64,000 bases of DNA from a virus (taxonomy: Duplodnaviria; Caudoviricetes). Below the pieces are notes generated by a model. The model did no database searches. It was given only the letters and a program-made list of their open reading frames with translations, and was not told the DNA's origin. The stretch lies in the IMG/VR virus record IMGVR_UViG_3300032233_001964, positions 6,498-70,497 of that record. One strand, 5' to 3'. The position numbers and the translations under genes are program-made. The stretch's first letter is position 1. Every line of letters begins with the position of its first letter. This document shows, one piece after another, positions 52,582-62,171 of the stretch.

Positions 52582-55500
52582 CTACGCCTCCTTCAAGTTG
52601 CGCCCGACGCTCGCCTCGGCCGTGAGCGCGACCTCCCATCCGGGGATGCGGACGGTCATGCACTCCTCGACCTGCTTCCGCATTCGCTCCAGTTCAGGCG
52701 GCAGCGCCTCGCCCTTCACCGGCTTCCATCCCGCGAGGCCCGGCGGCGCCTCCACCTCGACCGCGACGGAGTCGTGACACTGGTGGATAAGGCCCGTCCG
52801 GCGTCCGAGATCCCACGGAAACGCATGGATCAGCGCCTGCTCCGCAAGCCGCATGATGCTCGTCTCGGCGGCGAGGACGGGGAAGTTGACCACCTCGTTC
52901 TTCTTGCCGTCGGAGAGGCTGCCGGATCGCCGGCCCAGCACCGGCTCCTCCATGTAGCCCTGATGCCGGTAGAGCAGGAGCATCTCCTCCCACGCCTGCA
53001 TCCACTCCGGCTCCGTCTTCAGCCACGTCTCGTGGAAGTGACGGACCTCCTTCGAGGTCATGTTGAGGTAGGGCATATCGCCGCCGTCCGACTCGGTCGA
53101 CGTAAGTACTTGCCAGACCGTCATCGGATCGGCCCAGTAGATGCAGTTGTGGACGAAGATGCCTGAGGCCAAGGCGAAGTTGTGGGCCTCGTGATCGACG
53201 CCGATGTCCCAGACCTCGTGCTCGCCGGCCGGCACGACGCTCTCGACGACGTGGTTGGGGAGCGTGTCGGTCTGCCCCTTCCAGTACGCCGGGATGCCGC
53301 GCGACTTCCGGTAGTAGACGACGGCCTGCTCGGTCACGCCTGCGCGCTTCGCCACGTCACGGTCGTGCTCGTGGCCGACGAACTCGACGAATGGGTCGAG
53401 CTTCGACTTGAAGCGTTTTCCCTTGTTCGTGGTCTTTCGCAGCTTGCTGTTGCGGCGCATCGCCTCTGACGCAGCTTGCCGCCACTTCTCCGAGCGCTTT
53501 CGCCCCTCGACGAGGGCGGTGTTCATCTCGTCGTAGCCCGCGGCCCACATGGCGCGTGATGCCTCACCGTAGGCGGCGGCACGCTCTGGCGTCCAGTGAT
53601 GGCGGCTGTGCTCGCTGGCGGTCATGCCTTCGAGGTTGTCGGGATGGTTGTTGCCCTTGTCGCCGTCCTTGTGATGGACATGCTCGTGGCCCGGCAGCAC
53701 CCAGCGATGCTCCTGCACGCGGCTCTTGTTGTCGTTGAACTGCTCGATGAGACGGTAGCCGGTCTTCGGGTGCGTCCACCGCTTGAACGGCATGAGCCGG
53801 TCGCCGGGTCGCAGATCTTGCAGCTCACGCCACGAGCCGTCGCGCAGCATGAACTTGTGGTCGGGCGTGAACGTCTCCGTCCATCGCTTTCGGCCATCAC
53901 GCATCGTGATGGTCATGCACGCCCGCACACCGACCTTTGTCTTCTGGATGATACGAGCGGGAACGTACTGTGCCCCGTCCCAGCACCACGTCCAGTCCTG
54001 ACCAGGCTCGATGTCAGCGATGCGCTTGTGGCCTTCGGGGCCGAGAGTGACGACGAGTGTATCTTCCACCGCGCAAGCATAGCGGAACGTCTTCATAATG
54101 TCACGCATCGCCTTCGCCATGCCGCCTGCGGGTTTCTTGTAGAGGCTGAACCCGTCCGGCCCCCATCCGTCCGCGTTCTTGAACTTGTCGCCGAAGACGT
54201 TGTAGGACAGCGTGTTGTGTGGATCCTTGCCTTCGGTGAAGCACTCCAGCAACAGCGGGATGCGCCAGTAGTTGGCCGTGATGCGGAGGTGCGCTTGGTC
54301 GAGGTCGGCCCCCACGAGGATGTGGCCCGGCTCCGCGGCGAAGAGCGTCTTGAGTTTGCCCTGTCCCTTCCTTGAGCCGATGTTCTGGAGGTTCGGGCCG
54401 CTCGACGAGAGCCGCCCCGGAGCCGTGACGTGCGCGTTCCACGTCGAGCGGATGCGCCCGTCCGGGTGCCAGATGAGCCCCTTGTTCGGATCATGCGCGG
54501 CGAGGTTCAGCGGCAGCAGCACGGTGCCGAGGATCTTGTTCTTCTCCCGGCGGTACAGCCGGAGCTCGCGGATGAACGCCTCCTGGTCGGGCGAGAGGCG
54601 GCCTCCGGCGAGGTGGCCGCGAAGCACCTTGTCCCCCGTGCCGGGCATGCCCGACGCCGTGTAGAAGTCGCGTGCCTCCATCTGCGGCGGGATGCCGAGC
54701 TTCCACGTCTCGTAGAGCAGGTCGCGGATCTGGTCGGCGCTGCCGGGCTTCACACCCACAACCTCGTCGCCGTCGTCGTTGGAGCCCGCGCTCTTGAGGT
54801 CGAGCTTCCCGAGGCCCACGGCGAAGGACAGTTCCGCGAGCCGCTTCTCCCGCTTCGCGACGGACGCGCGCGTGTCCATCTCCATCTTCCACCGCGCCTC
54901 CTGATCGACGTACACGCCGATCTTGTGGAGGTTCACGCACATGTCCTGCGTGGCGTGGTCGATCTCGTGGAGATCCCACCGACGCTGCTCCCAGCCCACG
55001 GGGCGCAGCGCCTCCGGCAGGTCACGGAACGCACCGGCCTCCTCCGCCGCATCCATCAACGGCACGACGATGCGCGCGTTCACGGTGCTGTCGGTGCAGT
55101 TGTAGGCGAGGCGGTCCCAATCGTCGACCTTGCCGTGCGCGAGGCTCTCGCCCTTCTCCGTCGTCTCCCAGCGGTCCACGTCGGTGAGCACGGAGCCGAC
55201 GACCTTCAGCCCCTTCGGAAGTTCAGGCGCCCTGAACCTTGCTGCGAACAGCGTGTCGATGATGGGCATCGGCGTGACGCCGAGCCACTGCTCGACGACC
55301 TGTCGGTCGTAGGAGCCGGCGTTGTGCCCCACCTTGACCTTGGTCGGGTCCGACAGGAAGCGGCGCAGGATGTCGAGGATCCGCACCTCGTCATCGAACG
55401 AGTAGAAGCGCGTGTAGCCGTCGCCGCTCAGGATGTTGAGGCCCATGACGCCGGCGCGACGCGCCTCGACCTGGCCCTCGCGGAGCGCCCTGCCCTCGGT

Positions 55501-56343
55501 GTTGAGGTCCGGGTGCGCGATGGCGATGGAGCGCACCTTGCACACCATCGGCTCGATGCCGTCCGTCTCAAGGTCGTAGGCCCAGAACGGCATGTCCTGC
55601 GCGAGGAACGCTTCAAGCTCGTCAGGCGTCGGGTTGAAGGACCGCACGGGGTCTGTCCAGCGCAACTGCCCCGCAAACCAGCGCATCGCCTTGCCGAGGT
55701 CCGCATGCACCGTCGCGCGCCACCCCGGAGCCTTCTGCACGAAGCCGGGATGGAACGTCGGGAACACCTTCCGCACCGCGCCTTCGGGCACGACGTTGGC
55801 GAGCGGCGTCTCCATCAGCGCGCCCCAGTTCTCGTCGACCCACACCGGGCCGCCGCGCAGCGCGAAGATGCTCTGCGTCTTGGCCGTCAGCGCGTTGGCC
55901 GCCGTGCGTCCCAGCGCGAGGATGTTCTCGTAGTCTTCTGCCTCCTTGAGTAGACGAGGACGGCAGCACGCGATAGGGTCCGGGAGGGCCGGGAGCCCTG
56001 TAGCAAGACGACGACGGTTCTCCTTGTCGAGCGCCTTGGTCATCTTCTCCCATGCGTTCGGCTGCGTGCCTGCGTTGCACGCGACGACGTGGGTCAGGTC
56101 GATGTCGGCGCGCTTGCGGCCCGCAGCGAGGAGCGCGAGGTTCCACTCCTGCCCGCTGCGGCCGGACAACGGCCGTCCGTTGTTGGTGTCCTCGACGTGC
56201 GGGGACTCGGCAACGGCGAGCACGATGGCGCCCTCGTGGCGCTCCGGCGGGCATGGCTGCCAGTAGCCGTCGCGGAACGCGCCCTTCGGGCCGAGCGGGC
56301 ACTCGTCGCAACGCGCGCCGTGCTTGCGCGGATCATACGGCAT
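52582..56343 (-). CDS. polA: Family A DNA polymerase with N-terminal UDG-like domain and an intein
   Basis: UDG4 (CDECPL, AESP, HP); exo YDLET/GHN..YD/YNCTD; TAPGRLSSSGPNLQNI; ADLDQAHLR; QCHDS. Start near MPYDP (approximate). Confidence 0.9.
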   Translation of the reverse strand: MPYDPRKHGARCDECPLGPKGAFRDGYWQPCPPERHEGAIVLAVAESPHVEDTNNGRPLSGRSGQEWNLALLAAGRKRADIDLTHVVACNAGTQPNAWEKMTKALDKENRRRLATGLPALPDPIACCRPRLLKEAEDYENILALGRTAANALTAKTQSIFALRGGPVWVDENWGALMETPLANVVPEGAVRKVFPTFHPGFVQKAPGWRATVHADLGKAMRWFAGQLRWTDPVRSFNPTPDELEAFLAQDMPFWAYDLETDGIEPMVCKVRSIAIAHPDLNTEGRALREGQVEARRAGVMGLNILSGDGYTRFYSFDDEVRILDILRRFLSDPTKVKVGHNAGSYDRQVVEQWLGVTPMPIIDTLFAARFRAPELPKGLKVVGSVLTDVDRWETTEKGESLAHGKVDDWDRLAYNCTDSTVNARIVVPLMDAAEEAGAFRDLPEALRPVGWEQRRWDLHEIDHATQDMCVNLHKIGVYVDQEARWKMEMDTRASVAKREKRLAELSFAVGLGKLDLKSAGSNDDGDEVVGVKPGSADQIRDLLYETWKLGIPPQMEARDFYTASGMPGTGDKVLRGHLAGGRLSPDQEAFIRELRLYRREKNKILGTVLLPLNLAAHDPNKGLIWHPDGRIRSTWNAHVTAPGRLSSSGPNLQNIGSRKGQGKLKTLFAAEPGHILVGADLDQAHLRITANYWRIPLLLECFTEGKDPHNTLSYNVFGDKFKNADGWGPDGFSLYKKPAGGMAKAMRDIMKTFRYACAVEDTLVVTLGPEGHKRIADIEPGQDWTWCWDGAQYVPARIIQKTKVGVRACMTITMRDGRKRWTETFTPDHKFMLRDGSWRELQDLRPGDRLMPFKRWTHPKTGYRLIEQFNDNKSRVQEHRWVLPGHEHVHHKDGDKGNNHPDNLEGMTASEHSRHHWTPERAAAYGEASRAMWAAGYDEMNTALVEGRKRSEKWRQAASEAMRRNSKLRKTTNKGKRFKSKLDPFVEFVGHEHDRDVAKRAGVTEQAVVYYRKSRGIPAYWKGQTDTLPNHVVESVVPAGEHEVWDIGVDHEAHNFALASGIFVHNCIYWADPMTVWQVLTSTESDGGDMPYLNMTSKEVRHFHETWLKTEPEWMQAWEEMLLLYRHQGYMEEPVLGRRSGSLSDGKKNEVVNFPVLAAETSIMRLAEQALIHAFPWDLGRRTGLIHQCHDSVAVEVEAPPGLAGWKPVKGEALPPELERMRKQVEECMTVRIPGWEVALTAEASVGRNLKEA
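53146..54075 (-). mobile_element. Intein (310 aa) with HNH endonuclease
   Basis: KTFRYA|CAVEDT...HNFALASGIFVHN|CIYW; HVHHKDGDKGNNHPDNLE. Confidence 0.9.
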
Positions 56344-56473
56344 CGTCATCGTCCATCCGCTCGAAGTCGCGACGGAACGCCCGTTCGAGGCGGTGCAGCG
56401 CACGATGGAAGACGAAGACGGTAGCGACGACGATGCTAGCGAGCATCAACAGGATGGCGAGTGTGGGGGTCAT
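56333..56473 (-). CDS. Small membrane protein (46 aa)
   Basis: MTPTLAILLMLASIVVATVFVFHRALHR..DDDDAV; overlaps the polA start. Confidence 0.5.
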   Translation of the reverse strand: MTPTLAILLMLASIVVATVFVFHRALHRLERAFRRDFERMDDDDAV

Positions 56474-56509
56474 GCAGCCACGGTATCCTTACCGTAGCGG
56501 CAAGGCAAC

Positions 56510-56953
56510 CTACATCTTCGGCGTCGAGCCGTACCGCTGCTTCAGCAGGTACACGTCCGTCAGGTGCTTGGTGCCGATGCCGGTCACGAAGTTGGACAGG
56601 GAGCCGGGGTACGGACACTCGCCGCCGTTCACGATGGCGTCATTCGCCGCCTCGGAGAGCTCCATGAGCATCTCGGCGATGACGAGGGGCGTGCCGCCCG
56701 TCGAGGCGACCTGGCTGATCTTCTCGCCAGCCGCGGCCCATGCCTTGATCGGGTCGAGCTTGTCCGACCCGTAGTGCCCGGCGATGACCTCGGCAAGGCC
56801 GTCGATCTCATCCTCGACGCTCTCGTAGAGACGCTTGAACATGAGGTGGTCGCCGTAGAACTGCGGCCCCTTCGACTGCCAGTGCAGCGTGTGGTACAGG
56901 TGGTGCGCGGCGCGAAGGCCGGCCCACAGGTCGAGCAGGACGGGCAGAAGCAC
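56510..56953 (-). CDS. Dps/ferritin-like protein
   Basis: HHLYHTLHWQSKG..FYGDHLMFKRLYE..DGLAE; GGAGG SD; TGA-TATGAT promoter. Confidence 0.8.
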   Translation of the reverse strand: MLLPVLLDLWAGLRAAHHLYHTLHWQSKGPQFYGDHLMFKRLYESVEDEIDGLAEVIAGHYGSDKLDPIKAWAAAGEKISQVASTGGTPLVIAEMLMELSEAANDAIVNGGECPYPGSLSNFVTGIGTKHLTDVYLLKQRYGSTPKM

Positions 56954-56982
56954 AGAGCCTCCCAAGCCCGACCATCATATCA

Positions 56983-57043
56983 AAAACGAGAACGCCCCGC
57001 CACTAAGGACGGGGCCGAGCTTACGTTCTCGCCGGGCGTTGAG
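56983..57043 (-). terminator. Terminator after ssb
   Basis: GCCCCG..CGGGGC stem inside GAGAACG..CGTTCTC, followed by TTTTT. Confidence 0.6.
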
Positions 57044-57119
57044 CTGCAAGATGTGTCTACTCAACGGAGCTGGGTAAACACTTCTTGCAGGCCCGTGTCT
57101 ACGGTTCCCTCGTCAGGGA

Positions 57120-57740
57120 CTAACGAGCGACGCCAACGGCCGGGGGCGGCGGGAGGCGCAGGCCACCGGCGGGAGCCGGAGCGACCGTCTGAACCGCCGG
57201 ACCGGCGGAAGCGGACGGGGCCGCGGGGATCGCGCCGGGGATGACCGGCGCGGAGGACGGACGGGGCGTGTTGTTGACGCCGGCCACCGAGGGGACCGCG
57301 CCGGACGCCTTCGCCTTTTCGTACTGCTCCTTCGAGAGGAACTTGTTGATCTTGGCGTAGGAGCCCTGCACGCCCTGCTGGCCGGGCACGAACTCGACGT
57401 AAGCCTTGCGGCCACCGTTCGTCCCGGAGACGAGCCAGGCGTCGCTGATGTCGCCGTTCTCGATCTGCTCGTCGGAGAACCCGAACGACACGAGGATGGT
57501 CTTCAGGGCGGCGATGCGACCCTTGAAGGACTTCTCCGGCAGGCCGTCCACCGGGAGGTGGAGGAACTCGAACATCTTGAACCCGTTGGGGAACTCGACG
57601 GTGAAGCGGCGAGCGTCGGGCTTGTCGCCCTGCTTGTACTCGACGGAGACGCCGGACACCTCGTAGTAGCCGGCCTCCGGCTGGGAGGAACCGAGCGTGG
57701 AGACGCCCTTGAAGGAAGAGCCGTTGATGTTGAAGGACAT
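57120..57740 (-). CDS. DUF669-like single-stranded DNA-binding protein
   Basis: PEAGYY..; AKINKF; Pro/Ala-rich tail; next to the AAA ATPase. Confidence 0.6.
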   Translation of the reverse strand: MSFNINGSSFKGVSTLGSSQPEAGYYEVSGVSVEYKQGDKPDARRFTVEFPNGFKMFEFLHLPVDGLPEKSFKGRIAALKTILVSFGFSDEQIENGDISDAWLVSGTNGGRKAYVEFVPGQQGVQGSYAKINKFLSKEQYEKAKASGAVPSVAGVNNTPRPSSAPVIPGAIPAAPSASAGPAVQTVAPAPAGGLRLPPPPAVGVAR

Positions 57741-57782
57741 GATGTACTCCGATGGGTGGTCTGTGATGCTGGGGTTGATGGA

Positions 57783-58778
57783 CTACGGGGCGACCGAAGC
57801 AGAGGGAGGCAGTGGCACGCCGCCCGACTTCTTCGGTTCATCCTTCGGCGCGAGGTCGAAGAGGTTCCTCGCCTTGCGCTTGAGGAACGTAGCGCGGGCA
57901 ATACCATCTTGGCAAGCCCAACGCAGATGGATTTGTTGATGACCCGCGTGGAACAGCGGGTGCTGCTCGGAAAGAGCCTTGATGGAACCCTGCACATCGC
58001 CCGTCTCGACGATGCGCTCGGCCAGCGCGTCGGCCAAGTCGTCCTGCCACTCCAGCCCCGGAACGCGACTGAGCTGGTAGCCGCCCGCGCTCGCCCGCAG
58101 GATCTCGCGCAGGTTGCCGGGGGTCTTCGCCCAGCACACGCCGGTGCGGTCGCCCGTCACCCACTCCGGCGACGTCGGGTCGCAGAAGTAGATGCCAGGG
58201 AACCACGGGTCCGGGTAGGTCGAGTCGACCATCGCGCGCACGTTGATGTCGCACCACGAGGGCAGCGTCTCGACCTGGTTGCGGCTCGGCACGTTCGGGC
58301 CGCCGGGGCAGAAGAACCCCTCGGCGTTCGTACCCGGCATGCGCTCGTGGAACGTGAAGGCGAGATGCACGCCCATGTGGCGGGCGAGGCCCGACAGCAT
58401 CAGCAGGTACTTGTTGAGCTGCTGGTAGGCGTAGAACTTGTCCTTCTTGCCGCTCTTGCCGGCCGGCGCCTCCTCGTTCCAGACCATCATGCTGCGGTCG
58501 CAGATGTGGCTGGCGTCGTCGATCACGACCGCGCCGTACTGGCGGGCCATGCCGGTGCGATGGACGTAGTCGAGCAGGGTGACCAGCTCGTGCAGCGTCT
58601 GCGGCGGCTCGGGGTGGACGGCGGGCGTGAAGCCAAGCTCGTTCTGCGCGACGAGCGTGATGGCGCTCGGCACGCCGATGCACAGCGCGGTCGGGAACGC
58701 CGCCAGCACATCGCTCGTCTTCTTCTTCTTGGGCTTCCCGTAGACCGTCACCATGACGGTCGGGTTGTCGGTGGTCAT
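57783..58778 (-). CDS. AAA_24/Sak4-like ATPase
   Basis: VYGKPKKKKTS Walker A variant, VVIDDAS Walker B. Confidence 0.75.
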   Translation of the reverse strand: MTTDNPTVMVTVYGKPKKKKTSDVLAAFPTALCIGVPSAITLVAQNELGFTPAVHPEPPQTLHELVTLLDYVHRTGMARQYGAVVIDDASHICDRSMMVWNEEAPAGKSGKKDKFYAYQQLNKYLLMLSGLARHMGVHLAFTFHERMPGTNAEGFFCPGGPNVPSRNQVETLPSWCDINVRAMVDSTYPDPWFPGIYFCDPTSPEWVTGDRTGVCWAKTPGNLREILRASAGGYQLSRVPGLEWQDDLADALAERIVETGDVQGSIKALSEQHPLFHAGHQQIHLRWACQDGIARATFLKRKARNLFDLAPKDEPKKSGGVPLPPSASVAP

Positions 58779-58839
58779 GTCAGTACTCCGGCCCGGTGGT
58801 CATCCACGCCGCGTGGGCCAGCCACGGCGAGGCCGTCCC

Positions 58840-59802
58840 TCATCCGCGGCTCGGACCAAGGGAACAGAGGTCGAGCCCGGCACAGGCTCCGTAGCGTCCA
58901 TAGCACGACAGTTCGTTCTGCGCCTTCGGCCACTCCCACGGATCGGTGGTCATGTCGAGGGTGGCGATCTGATGCTCCGCCCACCACAGCCAACGAGCGA
59001 AGTGGGCGTCCCGGTGCGGCGTCTGCGGAACCTGCTCGCGGACCACGCGCCCCGGCTGCGTGCTGCTGATGAGGTTCAGCGTCAGGCCGCCGAACGCCTC
59101 CCCGTAGAGCTGCTTGCCCATGATGCGGAACGCAGCGAAGCCGCCATCGATTGCATAGGCCGCAGCGCTGTTCTTCGCGTTGACGTTGGCCTGGTGCTTG
59201 TGGTCCCAGATGTAGTAGCGTCCCGACGCATCGCGGGTTACGAGGTCGATGCGGCGCGTGAGCGTGATCGGACGCCCATGTTCTCGGTGGTCGGGCATGT
59301 GCAAAGGCGTCACCTCGATGTCGGCACCGTCGAGGCTTCGCCACGCGCCGCCCCTCTCCTCGCCGACCCACAGCCCCCACTCGCCGCGCAGCGTGCCGAG
59401 CACCGCCGTGACGGGCGCCTCGACCGCGATGACGTCGCCGGGAGGTTCGGGGAACTTCGCCAGGTAGGCGTGGAACACCGTCTGCATGGTCGGCAGGAGC
59501 TCATGGCTCCCGTACTTGTCGCACCACGCCGTGGCCGCCTCCTCCGGCTCCATGAACACGCTGGGGTCGTGGTGCATGGTCTCGTCGACCATCACGCCCT
59601 GGGGCTGCCCTGCGCCCCAGATGGCGTGCAGATGCGCCTGTAGCGTGTGGCCGATGCTCCCCTTCGCCAACGCCTCGATGGGTGGGGAGAGGTTCACGTC
59701 GTCGATGCGGTTGTTGTAGGCGAAGAGTTGGGGGCACTTCGCGAAGTTGCCGACACGGCTCCAACCGCGGCTCGACTTGCCGGCGTCGATGAGCATCTTC
59801 AT
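58840..59802 (-). CDS. Cas4-like PD-(D/E)xK exonuclease
   Basis: KCPQ..GSIGH; RIDLV..IWDHK; C-terminal CxxxxxxCxxxxxC Fe-S ligands. Confidence 0.75.
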   Translation of the reverse strand: MKMLIDAGKSSRGWSRVGNFAKCPQLFAYNNRIDDVNLSPPIEALAKGSIGHTLQAHLHAIWGAGQPQGVMVDETMHHDPSVFMEPEEAATAWCDKYGSHELLPTMQTVFHAYLAKFPEPPGDVIAVEAPVTAVLGTLRGEWGLWVGEERGGAWRSLDGADIEVTPLHMPDHREHGRPITLTRRIDLVTRDASGRYYIWDHKHQANVNAKNSAAAYAIDGGFAAFRIMGKQLYGEAFGGLTLNLISSTQPGRVVREQVPQTPHRDAHFARWLWWAEHQIATLDMTTDPWEWPKAQNELSCYGRYGACAGLDLCSLGPSRG

Positions 59803-61727
59803 GCGTCGTCCTCCTCTTCTTCGATGAACAGCTTGGACACGACGTCGTCCACGATGGCCTCGCGGTCCTCCATGCCGAGGAGCTTCTCGCCCATGCCGTC
59901 CAGCTCGTCGGCCGCAAGGAACTGCTCGATGGGGCCGAACTTGTCGGTCAGGATCTCGACCACACGCTCGTCGTAGGTCGAGGCTGCGACGACGACCTTC
60001 AGCAGCGTGGCCCGCCCACCATGACGGTCGAACCGGCCACGCCACTGAAGGAAGTCACCGGGCTTCCAAGGAAGCATGGCGAAGATAGCGAGGTCCGCCG
60101 TCTGCATGCCATCGACCGCGATCCCGAACGCCTGGCCCGTGCCGACGAGGCAACACGGGCCAGGACTGTTTCGGAACCCGTCGATCATGTCGTTGCGCTC
60201 GGACTCGCTTACGCCGCCGTGCCCAACCCAGACCGTCGCGTTCTTCACCTCGTCGCTGGCGCTCGCGGCCTTTCGGATCGCTTCGCCCCAACGCTCGGCT
60301 TCCCGGCGACGAGCAGTGAACACGATGACCTTGCCGCCACCCTTCAGTCCTTCAAGGACTTCCGCCACGACATAGCCACGCTTTCGGCTGCTCGCCTCCG
60401 CAAGACGCGCCTCGATGAGACGTTCTTGCGCCGGCACATCCTCGTAATCTCCTCGCGCCTGACGCGCAAGTTGTTTGATTGCTTGGTCGAAGGTTTGTGC
60501 GTCGTCGTAGCGCTCGGCCTTGTCCTGCGCCGACACGGGCAGGTAGACCACCTGGACGCGCGTCGGCGGGAGGCTGGCGTGGCTCTCGGTGTACGGCACC
60601 TCGTGCGTGAAGAAGGAGCAGCGCGCCCGGAGCTCGTCGATGTTGCTGCTCCCCTTGTCGTCCATGCCGCCGTAGGGGTTGGCGACCGCATCGCAGTACC
60701 GCTGCGCGAAGGAGCGGTACGAGTGCGCGAAGCCGCCGGGAGTGAGCAGGTCGAGCTGCGACCACAGCCGACGCGGGCGTCCGTCGTCGAGCGGCGTGGC
60801 CGTGAGGCCCACGCGGAGTTGTAGCGTCACGATGCGGCTGATGTCCATGATGGCGACGGCCCATGCGTCCTTGTCGCCGCCTGCCGTCTGCCGCCGGTGG
60901 AAGTCCACCGTGCCGTCCGACTTGCTCACCGCCTTCCACCGCTTCGACTGTCCGTGGATGTGCAGCTCGTCGAGGATGAGGACCGTCGGCTGGAGGCGCG
61001 TGACGAAGTCGAGGTTGTCGTTGAGCGACTCGGCCCCGACCACGACGAAGCGGCGCTGTCCGGTCTTGGCGCAGTGCTCGGTGTACTGCGGCCACGTCAT
61101 GTCGCTCTTGCGGCGTTCGCTCTCCGGCAGGAGCCGCCACGGCAGGATGTTCGTGTACTGCTGGACCTGCGTCCACCAGACGTGGCGCGCCTTCGCCGGG
61201 CAGATCACGAGGACCGTGCCCTGCCGCGTCAGCGCGTCGATGAGGGCGCCCACGGTCTTGCCTGCGCCGCACGGCCACACGTTCATCGTCCACGGCCGGG
61301 AGGCAGCCCACGCCGCGCTGCGCCGCTGATAGGGTGTCGCCATCTGCACGACGCGCGGCTTCAACTCACCGGACGACGCCTCGCGCACGAGGATCGTCTC
61401 GCCCTGCTGCTCCAGCGCATCGAGGCCCGCCTTGTCGGTCGGCCACGGCACGATGCCCTGCGCCTTGCGCGACTCGACGCTCCACTGCCCGCCGAGTTCC
61501 CACCCGGCGAGGAAGTGCTCCACGATGAACGCGGCGTGGACAGGGGAGTAGACGTCGATGTGCGACGGTGCGCCGTCGTCCGGCCACTCGTTCTTCGTGA
61601 GACGGTATTTGCGACGGCCGCGCACGGCCCACGCCAGGATGCCGGGGATGTTCTGCTCCAACGCGATGGCGTGCTGCGCGAGCATGGGATCATGGAGGCG
61701 GTAGAGGTAGTGGGGCTGGTCCCACAT
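59799..61727 (-). CDS. SF2 (SNF2-like) helicase
   Basis: GAGKT, ILDELH, GLTATP, GIAVDG..QWRGRFDRHG. Confidence 0.85.
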   Translation of the reverse strand: MWDQPHYLYRLHDPMLAQHAIALEQNIPGILAWAVRGRRKYRLTKNEWPDDGAPSHIDVYSPVHAAFIVEHFLAGWELGGQWSVESRKAQGIVPWPTDKAGLDALEQQGETILVREASSGELKPRVVQMATPYQRRSAAWAASRPWTMNVWPCGAGKTVGALIDALTRQGTVLVICPAKARHVWWTQVQQYTNILPWRLLPESERRKSDMTWPQYTEHCAKTGQRRFVVVGAESLNDNLDFVTRLQPTVLILDELHIHGQSKRWKAVSKSDGTVDFHRRQTAGGDKDAWAVAIMDISRIVTLQLRVGLTATPLDDGRPRRLWSQLDLLTPGGFAHSYRSFAQRYCDAVANPYGGMDDKGSSNIDELRARCSFFTHEVPYTESHASLPPTRVQVVYLPVSAQDKAERYDDAQTFDQAIKQLARQARGDYEDVPAQERLIEARLAEASSRKRGYVVAEVLEGLKGGGKVIVFTARRREAERWGEAIRKAASASDEVKNATVWVGHGGVSESERNDMIDGFRNSPGPCCLVGTGQAFGIAVDGMQTADLAIFAMLPWKPGDFLQWRGRFDRHGGRATLLKVVVAASTYDERVVEILTDKFGPIEQFLAADELDGMGEKLLGMEDREAIVDDVVSKLFIEEEEDDA

Positions 61728-61751
61728 GGCGGTTCTCCTGAAGGCCCGACG

Positions 61752-61815
61752 AGCGTAGCGGGTCTATGCCACGGTGTCAAGGGTTCTTGACGCAGCGGTA
61801 GAGGGGTGGTACAAG
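61752..61815. promoter_or_regulatory. Back-to-back promoters, each overlapped by a 17-bp operator
   Basis: Minus TTGACA-N17-TACGCT; plus TTGACG-N17-TACAAG; operators 61765-61781 and 61786-61802. Confidence 0.75.
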
Positions 61816-61858
61816 GTCAGCGTGGGCCGCCGATGGCCCCTTGAAGGAGGACACCATC

Positions 61859-62170
61859 ATGAACGACAGCCCCATCAGCGTGATCAACCCCAGCACCGAT
61901 CCCTTCATCCTACTCGTCGAGCGACATCGAAAGGCGCGGCACTGGTCGTTCGCCGAGCTTGCGCGGCGCGGCGGCCTCACGCAGCCCGAAGTCAGTCGCG
62001 TCGTCCACGGCATCCGCATGCCGACGCTGCGTCACGTCCGCGGCCTGGCCGAGGCGTTCGCGTCCGCGCCGTCGAGCCTCACCGAGCCAGGATCGGCGGC
62101 AGAGTGGGTCGCCCTGCTCGTTGACCTCGCTGAGAACGCCCGCCTGTCCGTGCGGACAAAGGACGTGTAG
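61859..62170 (+). CDS. XRE-family HTH transcriptional regulator
   Basis: RHWSFAELARRGGLTQPEVSRVVHGIRMPT; AGGAGG SD. Confidence 0.85.
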   Translation: MNDSPISVINPSTDPFILLVERHRKARHWSFAELARRGGLTQPEVSRVVHGIRMPTLRHVRGLAEAFASAPSSLTEPGSAAEWVALLVDLAENARLSVRTKDV

Positions 62171-62171
62171 C

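Noticed and set aside
58840-59802. CRISPR-Cas system
   Set aside because: Lone Cas4-like nuclease in a recombination operon; no repeat-spacer array or other cas genes
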